Source: Dimargaris cristalligena
Taxonomy: Eukaryota
Reading direction: 5' to 3'
DNA: 32,156 nt
Assembly: GCA_003614675.1 (NCBI GenBank)
Contig: ML002426.1
Location: 1-32,156 of the forward strand
The notes beneath the pieces were generated by a model. That model worked only from the letters and a program-made list of their open reading frames with translations, made no database searches and was not told where the DNA came from. Each line of letters starts with the position of its first letter. Positions within the stretch are counted from its first letter, which is position 1. Shown piece by piece: positions 12,008 through 23,174 of the stretch. The position numbers were made by a program, and so were the translations under genes.

Positions 12008-12057
12008 CCAATGATTGGCTGTTCAAGGTATTTGGTGCGAAAACGGGCGGTTATTGG
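12008..12057. promoter_or_regulatory. CCAAT box cluster upstream of the NF-YA/HAP2 gene
   Basis: CCAATGATTGG (two inverted CCAAT boxes, 12008-12018; the - strand reads AGCCAATCA) and ATTGG at 12053-12057. A further AGCCAATGA lies on the - strand at 12874-12882. Confidence 0.45.
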
Positions 12058-12317
12058 AGGAGACATTAGGGGGTGTGTAAAAAATAGACGAGGGTGTGGC
12101 CCGTGTTGCGAGAGGACAGGGCAGCGAAGTTGTTTTCGCTGGGCACATCCACATTATATTATTACGTCGGCGTAATATATAATACGGGAGTGATTAACTA
12201 AGAAAAGCAGCAGAAAATACAGGTAGATGAGAGAAGAGAAAAGAGGCACGGGGAGTTTCGGAAATCACGGGGATAGATTTTTGGGGAGGTGGTCTTACAC
12301 TGTCCACTACCAAGGCG

Positions 12318-12324
12318 TATAAAA
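12318..12324 (+). promoter_or_regulatory. Candidate TATA box of the NF-YA/HAP2 gene
   Basis: TATAAAA at the switch from purine-rich to pyrimidine-rich, ATG-poor sequence. An alternative TATATAAA lies at about 13046. Confidence 0.35.
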
Positions 12325-13207
12325 GCCAAGGCGCCGGCCCCAGCCCATTCCAACCGACAAATCGTTTGCGGCATCGGCCCCACCTCTGCACCTGTAATAT
12401 TTCGCCTTTATACCATATTTTCCATCAGCCTTTTTCCCTTACTATACTTCACCTCTCCCGCGTCGGCTTGGCTTCTGGTAGGAGGGCTGCTGTTGTCCTA
12501 TATCTTGAATCCATCTCTTATCTATCGAATTGGCGACGACGTACTATTGCGTGTGCGCGCCTGCCGTTTTTTGATTATAGCTGGCCGATTCGTCCAGACT
12601 CGCTCTTCCTTCCTTCTTTCTCTCCTGCTTTCTCGTTTATTCACGCAAATTACTTGATTGCTATATACTGTCTTTCCTATTTGTGGCTCTTCTTCCTATT
12701 ATATTACTACTCGATCCCGAGATTTCTTTCGCGATTCCTAAAACCGTTCTTTTCGGATTTTTACCTCATTATATACTATTCCTTCAAGCAGAATCACACA
12801 TCTTTGCTTGGAGTGTTGTTTAATCGGTACACACTCCATACAGTACGCCTTTGTCTACCCACCACTCGGGAAATCATTGGCTGATTCGTGCCCTAATCCC
12901 GCTGTTATATTCCCGACTATTTCCCGTCAGGTTGAATACAAGTAGTCACACCCACAGTCGCGTTTTTCATTTTCATCGCTTTGTGAATGTACACCTAACC
13001 TTTGCGCCATTGTCCTCCTTGAATAATCAATTCTCTCGTGATCCGTATATAAATATATCATTTATATATCACATTATCCAAAAACTAGACTACTCCTCTT
13101 TAATTGTTTCTTTCTTTTATACTCTACTCGATCCTTATAATTTAATTTATCCAATCTTCCTTTAATTTCGCCCCACCGTTAACTCTTCCCCCCCTTTTCA
13201 CTGTAAT

Positions 13208-14513
13208 ATGTTGAACATTGAATCGACCAACGGTTATAATATGCACCATCCCCACCACACCCAACCCACACATCCCCACCACCACCAGGCCGCCGCGGCG
13301 TACGACCGCAGCGGCCACAGCAGTGGTGGCGCCAATACCCATTTTGACATGAACGGAGTGGGTAGCCATGGCGGTGGTGGTGGTGCTCTGGCCTACGCCA
13401 ACGGAGGAGGCGTCAGTGGCGCAGCGGCCGCGGACCACGCCCGTGGGGTGGCTACCTCGTCGCACTTGGGATACGACCCGAATCCCCACGCGATGGGCCC
13501 CTCATACAGCCAGCATGGGCAATACAATGGATTGGTAAGTGTACCCTATAGCGAAAACGTCGTCGTAAATCCCGCGTACCTATCTCTCTCTTTTCCTCAT
13601 CATCTTTCTCGTAAAGAGGAGAGTGGATGGGTGAATGAATGAGAGTGGTGGCGCGGCGTTACGTACATATATATTATCTGTATATGGTGTGGTGGGGCCG
13701 GTTTCAGTGTAGATCCCCGTATAATGTGAATGTGTGCCATCATCATACATGGTGTTTATTACTACGAAAGTGCGGCGCTAGCTGATACCCCCGCACTCTA
13801 TACGCGCGGATATTCCGTGTTTATTGACACCAGGCTGACAGCACGCAAGGCTCTCTCCTAGTAGGTAGTAGCATCAAAGGCACGATTCACTGCAATATAC
13901 ATGCTACGCTGTAAAAAATAATCCTGCCCCCATCCCTTTAATCCAAAAGGGAAGATAGAGCTAGTCTGTGTGTGTCGGATGGTGTCTATACATTTTATTT
14001 ATAGAAATCTAACCTAAATTGCGAATCCATCCATTCCCCTATATCCCATATATATATATATATCATCGTTGGCGCTGCGTGTATGTATTTATTATCCGCT
14101 GCCCGTATATATAGTCGCTCATGTCGACGCAACCTCCTCACCCACTAATGTTGTCTTCACCCTCGGGTGGTGGTGGCCATACCAATGTAGCCGCCGGCCC
14201 GATGAGTGCTGGTGCCGTTGGTGGTGCCCCGCACGGTATTTCCGTGGATGACAGCGACGAGCCCATGTTCGTTAATGCGAAACAATATCACCGTATTCTG
14301 AAACGCCGGACGGCGCGGGCTAAACTCGAAGCGGCCCACCGTATTTCGCGTACCCGCAAGAAGTACCTGCACGAATCGCGGCACCGCCATGCGATGCGTA
14401 GGCCCCGGGGTCCCGGGGGTCGGTTTTTGACGGCCGCGGAAGTGGCGGAACTCGAAAAGAACGGCGAGTTGAAGGAACAGAGTCACAGTCCCCATTCATC
14501 CATCTCCAAGTAA
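13208..14513 (+). CDS. HAP2: CCAAT-binding transcription factor subunit NF-YA (HAP2/HapB), 2 exons, 241 aa
   Basis: Exons 13208-13534 and 14115-14513, phase-0 intron GTAAGT...TAG (580 nt). Exon 2 holds the CBFB_NFYA core EPMFVNAKQYHRILKRRTARAKLE...RKKYLHESRHRHAMRRPRGPGGRFLT. Exon 1 is His/Gly-rich and low-complexity. Confidence 0.92.
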
Positions 14514-16101
14514 AGGGAAGAAGCATAGGAAAGGTGGAGGAGGCGGTGGTGGCCCCTCGTTACGCATATTTCATTTCGTGTCTGTGTGTGTGTGTCATTT
14601 TGACGCGGGCAGGGCTATGTAAATGACCGGCGGGTAGTGGCGGTGTGGACAACAGCCAAAGAAAAAATAATACCAGATAATGTCTATCTGATCCGGTAAT
14701 TTCAAAAAATGACCTATTTGTTCTCGGGTCTAAAGGAAAGAGTTGCTGGACCGGGCAATCTTTCTGTCACCCCATTCCTCTCCTCTCTCCTTCTCCACCC
14801 AGCGGCCCACTGTCCGTTAAATTTCAAATCCCCCCTCCCCTTGTTTATGATAACTATTCGTATGTTATTTATTCCGCTTTATTTTCACTGTATGTATGAC
14901 TCCCCCCATTAGAACTGTTCATTTGATTTTAGCCATTTAAATAAAAAAATAATTAGACTATAATATGCAATATCCGTAAATTAACGTTTCTGTTGGGTTC
15001 CAATTGGCATCTACCAGCAGTTCCAGAAATCAGATTATTCTTCGCTGCTAGTTTAAATAACAATGCTGCACTAGTTCTCTGCACGCCAAATTAATCGATC
15101 CTTAATCATACGTATAATCCCAAAGGTTCACACAACTATTATTCAAGTGTACTCCACAAACAACGCCACCGAAAATTATCAAGTATCATCTGGGCTATAA
15201 AGGGGAACATTAGCCAGATCCCTTGACTGCTGAATACCAAGTATTTGGCAATAATATAAGGACAGGATGCTGATTCGAACCACTCCTTATGCAAGTTTGT
15301 GATTTGACGAAAGCTATCCTACTATCGCCGTTGTCCCTGGTAATGTAGAAATAGCGGAGGAGGGGGGTTCTCCTCTAATGAAATGATACTTCAATGTGAT
15401 TAGCGAGATAGAAGAAGGAACACTGGTTGAATATTTAGGTTTTCAGTGTGCTTGATTCATTTGGCGTTGGATATTACGATCCGGGCCGACCTGGCCAGTA
15501 GTGTGCACTAAGTGTTAAACTCGCCCCGACGAATGGTAGACACAACAATCAACCCAACATTCGATTTGGATATTATTTTATGGTGGTGATTTCTTTTCCG
15601 TTAGTTGACCCAATATCCTCTCCATTTTCGTTTATTAGGCAAGAAGGCCTGTATCATCTGGTATACCCTCTTTTATTAAGACCATTTCAGTAAAGAAAAT
15701 TGTGGCGGCCTGGATGTAACTAATATTATTAAATCTGCCTAAAACTAGCTGATAGGGTAAAGAGCTGATACATCATTATCTGGCTCAGGCATTGTTTACA
15801 TTAGCTAGCAGTCCCTTTACAGTGCCTTTTTCCAAGCTGTAATGCGTGTTTGTTTTCCTTTGCTCATTCTATATTGTTTTTTTTCTTCAACCCCAACCGA
15901 CTTGTTGACTTTCGGGTTTTCTACTCCTTTTAGTCAAGTCGGGACCCTCCCATTCTCCGTGTGCTTAATCATATAGAGGCGGTGTCTCTGCTCCAGCGCG
16001 GTTTTATTATTTTCGTATTAGCGGTCCGACATTGACCTCATTCCTTTCAACCCCAACCCGAACTCCCCTTCCCAATTCCTCCCCAGGTTACGCTCCACAC
16101 C

Positions 16102-18652
16102 ATGACCGTCGACCAGAGTGAGTACGAAAAGAAACGCCTGGAAAATATCCAGCGTAACGCGGCTATCCTCAAGGAACTCAATCTCGGCGGGCCCTCTGGT
16201 TTCTCGTCCCCAACAGCGAGTCGTTCCGCGAAAACTTCCGGCACGGCTTTGGGTCGGGCCGCCATCCCCACGACCCCCAAAGGTCAGAAACGGCGGGCCA
16301 CGTCGCGGCTAGAGGATAGTATGGCCTCCCCAGCAACGGACTCGCCGATGAGCGCCACTACCCGGCGGGTGTCCCGGCGCTTGCAAAACCAGGAACCGGA
16401 CGTGGCTTTACGGGACGATCCGGAAGACCCTGCGGCGCGGTTATTGACGAACTTGATGGTGGCCAAGGCCGCGGGGGGCGACGGTGGAGCGCCAAGCCCG
16501 TCATTTCCCGTGTTGGAACCGGCGCGGAAAAGACGCTACAGTGGTGAGCTGTCCCTGGCAGACACGATGCTGCTTGTCGCCAAACCGGGGCGGTTACAAA
16601 CCGAAAAGGAGGCGCAGGGTAGTATTAAAACCGAGGACGGTGAGTCATCGGCATCAGTGGCGGCTACCCCACCCTCGCTTATCCAAACCTTCGTGAGTAT
16701 CTGTCAGTCGCTGGCGGCTCCACACCGTAAATCAGACACCTCTGACCCAACCACCGCGTTGACCACGGACGGGAAAGGGGAAACAGAAGGTCCGGAGACG
16801 TACCCGTCGACTGCGGAGGACAGTCAGACGGCCCAGGCCAACTACCGGCAATTAGCGAGTCGGTTCCAAAACCTGCGAATCACGCATCCCCGCATGGCCA
16901 CCAACGAAGACGGAAACGGAGGCGACGATAGCACATCCGGCCCACCGGCGGCTTCATCCTGGGAGCCCACCTGTAAAGTCACCCCCGAACGCATCTATAC
17001 CGTGGCTCTACATCCCGACCCGCGGCAGTTCTTGGTCGCCGCGGGGGATAAGTCAGGGGTGCTGGGTTTTTGGAATATCGGTTCCACCGATCAATTTACC
17101 TCCGCTTCCCAAAAGACTCCCGACGAAGCGGTGAAGGTGAAGATGGAGGAGGAGGAGGAGGCGGACTTGACCACCGATGCTCCCGGGAATTTGGCTACCA
17201 ATCAGAGTCCACTAAAATCCATTCGCCAGTCGGTTTCAATGGCGGATATGACCACCGCCGACGTCTTTAGTTTCCGCCCGCATACGGCCACCCTCACCCA
17301 GCTTCTCTATAACAAACGGGACGCCACTAAACTGTACACCAGTTCCTACGACGGCTCGATCCGCTGTCTCGATTTGATTCACCAGACCTTTACCGAAGCC
17401 TGCGTCACGGAGACGGGGGACCGGTTTATCACGGGCTTCGATAACGATCCCGGAACGGGCCAGCTTCTCTACTATACGACGAGTGACGGCACACTTGGTT
17501 TTCACGACCTCCGAACCCCCGCAACCGATATTACGGCGTGGCAATTGCAGGAACGTAAAATCGGGGGTATGCATTTGAACCCGGTCGAACCCCAGTACTT
17601 GGTCACGGCCTCGCTGGACCGAACGATGCGGGTATGGGACCTGCGGTGGATGGGTGGCGCCCGCTCGAAACAAGGTGCGGGGTTCACTGACACAGTAGTG
17701 CAACTGTCCCCGGGTACGGACGATCCGGTCGAGGTGTCGACGTTTGACTATCCCAAGTCAGTGACCGCGGCCTACTGGGATCCTACGGGCAATCACATTG
17801 TAAACACTAATTTTGACGATACAATTCGTTTGAGTACTATGGACTGGTCCTCGGCACCAGATTCGTCGTCGTCTTTAACAGCGACCGGTGACAGCAATGC
17901 CAAGGGTGGGTCCCCTAATTTACGGGAGCGGTTCGTAATTCGGCATAATAACCAAACGGGAAGGTAAGTTGATGCCAATGTATTGGAGTATGGTTATGAT
18001 TTTGTAGTTTCTGAAAAACTGTTGAGCGTGCCGTCCCCTTGGCTAGACCCGGCTCCTAGACCAGGGTGTGTGGGGGAGGGGTAATAGTGGTATTCAATGA
18101 CTTGTGCAGTTGTAAACAGTCACGAACGACTGGGGCCAACCTCCTGTTTAAAAGCCAATCTTGTCATACATTCAAATGATGGTCGGGTGACCATAATGAA
18201 GGATTCCCCCCATGTATAAAGAAGGAGCCAGGGCTCACCTTTCGAGTACCGGGGGTAGCAATGCCGGATGATCGCATTTTAAACTAGGGCCTATCTATAG
18301 TCAATCCATCCCCCTATGTAGAGTTTTATACACCGCCTTCTAACCACCCCCCTGTGATACTTATACCGATACCTATACATATTACCAACAACCGCAACTA
18401 TATACCTGTTTATTTAGATGGCTTACCATGTTCCGGGCCCAGTGGCACCCCGACCCAACCATGCCCCCGTGTTTCGTTGTGGGCAATATGAAGCGATACG
18501 TCGACATTTTCTGTGGCTCGACGGGTGAGCTGGTCACCCAGCTTTATGACCCCGACCGGATCACGGCCGTACCGGCAGTGAATGTATTCCACGCCCACTT
18601 GCCCGTCGTGGTGTCGGCTAACGCCAGTGGCCGTATGGTGGTTTGGTCGTAA
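16102..18652 (+). CDS. CMR1: DNA damage-binding WD40 protein CMR1 / WDR76, 2 exons, 698 aa
   Basis: Exons 16102-17963 and 18418-18652 (2097 nt), intron GTAAGT...TAG. N-terminal SEYEKKRLENIQRNAAILKELNL; KVTPERIYTVALHP, AGDKSGVLGFW, TSSYDGSIR, TASLDRTMRVWDLR; the spliced junction restores the family signature HNNQTGR/WLTMFRAQW; C-terminal ITAVPAVNVFH...ANASGRMVVWS. Confidence 0.93.
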
Positions 18653-21600
18653 AAACCACCATCACCACTGGTAGAGTAGTCCTTCGTCTCCCCTATTCGG
18701 CACTTGGTGCCTATGGAACTTTCTCCGTAATTTAAATACGCATTATTTTTCCTTTCGGAATTGCCTTTTCTTCTTCTGACCAAGCCACTCTGCTGCTAAA
18801 TCTTCGACGTGAACGACCTGCGGTGTTGATCAGGTTTTCTTTCGTCGTTTTTTTTTAAAAAAAGAACACTCTTGTTGTCTAGGCGTCAGGCGGACTTCGA
18901 CTTACCTGAGAGCCTCACGACTGATTGGCGTATTCATCATGTACCTCACACTCTTCTACCACAGCCCTATCTAATGACAAAACACCCAATCAAATATCCC
19001 CCGACTTTCTTTGTTAATTACCTCCTCTATCAACGAATCCACTAATTAGTACCCAAGTAAATAGTAATTTTCTAGCATCGACTGAATTCGATGAAACATA
19101 CTTTTTAAACATACCTAGCCGAACGACGCGAATGGACCAGACTGGGTTACAGTATGGCCTGAGCTGATGTAGAATGAAGGTTAAAGAGGAACAGCGGCAA
19201 GCCTAAATGGACTATTAGCATGCCGCCGATTCCAAAGGACAGACAAGATTGACCCTGAATCAACAGTACCCACCGAATTCCACCATTGGACCAATGCCGC
19301 CAATTTCTTACATGGCTAACATCCCCATTGGCTGGACAGGTTTCGCTACTATCATTGACAATTTCAAACCCGTACAGTTTACTCGTTTTCTTGTTTACTT
19401 CGTCTAACCTCACCACCCCCTCCTACCTTGTCTCGTCGAGTATAGTCGAGCACTCACTATGTGATGATTTCTCTACCACTATAGGGCACTCAGCTATTAT
19501 CGAACTAGGCTGGGCTAGTCCCGTAACTGTCTAAAGCCTCAGCGCAGCTCAAGATATATTATAGTTGGATTGTCACCATGGCAAACTAGTATATTCACCT
19601 TCATTGATAGATGGGGACTGAGTGCTAAATGGCAAAATGATCATCCTGGTGGTATTAGAACAGAAAATCCGGCGGAGGGTTTTGAGCCGCCCAGTCTTAT
19701 ATGGGCATAATCTTATACCCTTTAAACATTTAATACTGGGCCACTTTTCTTCATGAAGTGTCAAGTGGCCCAATTAAGAATGTTACCAATTAGCGCCTAC
19801 ATAGGCCCTAACGCCACCGGACTGTGACGTTTAGGATAGGGAGGAGGAGTGACTTCTACTCGTAGTATCCCCCATAGGACATTTCCGCCCTCTCTACTAC
19901 TTGACGCAGGCTGTAACGACCCCCTCCCCCTTCAGAAAAAAAATCACCCCGCTGTAATACCATCCGGTTCCTAGCGGTATGCCCATCTCTGGGATTGCCG
20001 AACCAGGCGACCTTTAGAGTTACCCACGGTATCTACTTACCGCCATGTCTCCCAGCCAGCCACAATACTTCGCCAGTATTTTCCCCTTATTTTGGATATA
20101 GTTCTACTACTCGAATAGGTGTAGTTCACCAACACTTTCACTGAAATAGACCACCGTATCTAATTTGGGTCTATAAGTATCAAAGAAGTACTAATGGAAG
20201 TAATGGTTTCAGGCAGTACTTTGAAAGAAAGATTGTCAATTTTGGCGGCTGTCCATCAAAACATACTACCTAATACGAACTAATCCGCCTACTATACCAG
20301 GCAGTTGGCCATGACCAGTTGAGTTACTAATCCTGAATAGTAATAATGATAATATATATAATACAATGGCGTACCAATACCACCAAACAGGTTTTTCGTA
20401 GTTTCGCCAAAGAACTATAGAATCTTGGTAATATACTACAGACTAGATTGTGTGTTTTCTTGATGAAATTACCTTTTATCTGCTGCCAACTAGTTCATCA
20501 AGTATCGGGCCGAGTTATTGGGTTTAATTATTACAGTCATAATCATAGGTGCAAAGTCACCAACTGATTTATAGCGATGAATTAATCAAATATCTACCCA
20601 AATCTTATGATGTGGGGTTAGTTAATGATGTTGTTAGTGGTTCAAGGGACGATGTGTATGATGGTAATCAATATAACCCTTATAGCCGCAAAATATATCA
20701 ACTAATACTCCCCAAATGGCCAACGGATTGTTACCTAACCGCATCAAATTTCTCGTAGGATAGATGTGGTTAACCTGACGATGGCCATGTTCACAAGGTC
20801 AAACGAGTCCCCTGTCCCGCTAAGCGAGCCGAATAGTGGTTTAACACTTTTTAACAACGTCAGTTCACTTCCCTAATTCGCCCACGCTTCCTTGTATGGG
20901 GATTTCTCTGTTTTCAGTATGCCTACTCCCGAGGGAACTGGGAAGACTCCTGTGGTGAATAGGCGAATGTATAAATATAGCAACATGATGGAGAATGACA
21001 GTCTGGATTGGAGTGGCTGACTGGGGGACACTGCCCAGGGAAATGTAGTTACATGAAAATCCAGCCCAAAAATGGATGCCCCTGGGATATATTGGAGAGC
21101 TGCTCGTTTCACATAGCTCTGGGGGATGAGAGAGAGGGAGAGGAGAATAAAAGAAGTCCAGTTAAGTTGGGGATCAATAGCACCAATTTAGGATTGACGC
21201 TATGTGTCGGATACATATGGGTGAGTGTACCTCCAGGCAACGTTTGATTGGGCATGATACTAGGGTTCAATCGACAGAGTAGGATGATATACCAACATAA
21301 CAGTAGCAGAGGACTCTCCTCCTGTCGAAACTGTCTTTCCATTCCGTTGGTCATCTCTATTCTTATCATTGGCAATAGGTAGCGTACAAAGTGACTGGTT
21401 GGTTAATCTATCCCTTCCAACGCCTACCCAGCTTGTTAATGGTGCTTTTAAGTGGTTGCTTATAGGTATGGGAGAGAGGGAATAGAGCCCGTGCGACTAA
21501 AAGTAAGACCCCCCTTTGTACACATAACAAAGGGATCCAAATCACACTAATATCAATTTGGTGATAAGTAATAGGAGGCTGACTGGGCGATTGGCATGCT

Positions 21601-23151
21601 GCAACCTGTTGCTGACTGTTCAGCACCCAATGAAGGAGGGGGGCCATCTGCCAAGTCACAACTGGTATAGCGACGCGATATCGTGCATGTATATGGGGAT
21701 ACAGGTGGGGGGAGGGGGTGTAATCTTTATGTGCAGTCCTGTGCAGGTCCGGTTTACAAATAACAACAATTCCCCCAAAATAGTATTATACCAAGCGCAT
21801 GAAATCAAATCACTACAACCTAATATACATTGGTTTCTTCTATTTAATTAGTTGAGGTATTTGAAAGCGGCGACGAGGGGAGACTGCCACGGTATGAAAC
21901 AAAATAAAGGGAGGGGGGTGAATTAGAACAAAATGCCAACCATCTACCAAATTCTAATACATCAACTTACTGATTATACTCCACTGATACAAGAGTAGCA
22001 CGTGTCTAGCGTATTGCACTGTGGAGAATAACACTATTATGGATTGGAAGTCAACTGGGGCTCCGCCAGTCCATAGAAGGCAAGGGGAGCGCACAGTCGG
22101 ATAAGAGGATAATCCACGGGTACTTACTTAGCTGGAGTAAAGGGCTGCCATAGGAAGTTGCAAGTTATAAATGGAGAAAGGGAGGGAAACATGAAGGATG
22201 CGGAGGGACAGTCGTGGCCGGTGTTATGCTGTACAAGCCGGCTATACAAATTTGTCGATCGGGTCCGCGATAAGGTTGGTCAGATAAGCAGCGGTAAACG
22301 GAAGGGATCCAATGAATGGGGAGCGGCCTTATGCGTCTTTACATTAAATACGAAGGATGCCCCCCTCTCGGAAGAACATTGCACACGGATTTAGGTTGCC
22401 CCCTTTTCCATGGGATTGAATTAGATTACCGGAATGTGGGTCGGAGACATGTTGACCTTATGGAATGAGGCCAGAGTAACCTTCATGAATTCAACGAGGG
22501 GTATGCTGCCAAGAAATTGCGTGGGCCACGCTCATTGTTCCGCGCTTTGGGCTTCTCAAAAATAGCAGGCGGGTCAGGTTGTGCTTGCGTTACTCACTGC
22601 CATTGGTTCTGGGAAATCAAATGGGAGGGGGGGTGGATATCAATGGCTAAAATATGTTAAGTCTAGGTGAATAAGGATGGTGGCAGACAAAAAGGTATGG
22701 TTGGTCTCGGTTACCCATTGAAAGCGACGTCCTCTAATACTCCGGATTCGATTGAGCAGGGGTAGCCGGGGGAAATATATTGCGAAGGGAGAATGGTGGT
22801 GTCATTTTACCAACACCAGTAAGAGGTTCGGTTTGAGTGGACGTATATCCTTACTACCTTCTCTATCCAAGTATAGGGTCAAGTGGGCCTGCTACTTTGG
22901 CTGATGAACGTTCGGATGCGCCGAGTTTGATGGGACTCAGTGAGGAATACCGGAGCTCTGAGCCTGTCGCAGTGGGTGGTTCGTTTTATCTATTGATTCT
23001 AGAGATCGCCTCCAGTGGAGGTACGGGTGGCTCGGTTTTTCCACTAGGCGTATAACCTTTCGGGGTTTCTATCCGTCAGTGCCTCGCGCGGTCGCTTAAG
23101 AATGGGGAGTCAACAGTGCTCTTTCATTTCCTTTGTCCGGGGTTATGCCGG

Positions 23152-23174
23152 GAGAGAGAGAGAGAGAGAGAGAG
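23152..23174. repeat. (GA)n microsatellite
   Basis: About 11 GA units, seen directly. Confidence 0.9.

Noticed and set aside
12289..13165. Hydrophobic ORFs of 104-172 aa upstream of NF-YA
   Set aside because: Non-ATG starts; their length and hydrophobicity follow from pyrimidine-rich, stop-poor leader sequence.
15272..15281. GGTTCGAATC B-box/T-loop-like motif on the - strand
   Set aside because: Flanks do not pair into a T-stem or cloverleaf, so it is not a tRNA.
18900..18908. ACTTACCTG resembling the U1 snRNA 5' end
   Set aside because: No U1 stem-loops or Sm site follow; better read as a - strand CAG|GTAAGT splice donor.
18743..18975. Possible selenoprotein-like in-frame TGA (QS-U-GSQ) in one splice variant of the hidden - strand transcript
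   Set aside because: Needs a non-preferred acceptor, matches no selenoprotein family I recognise, and I cannot identify a SECIS element.
20900..21700. Mildly CpG-poor stretch considered as a transposon relic
   Set aside because: No terminal repeats, target-site duplication or transposase/RT motifs visible.
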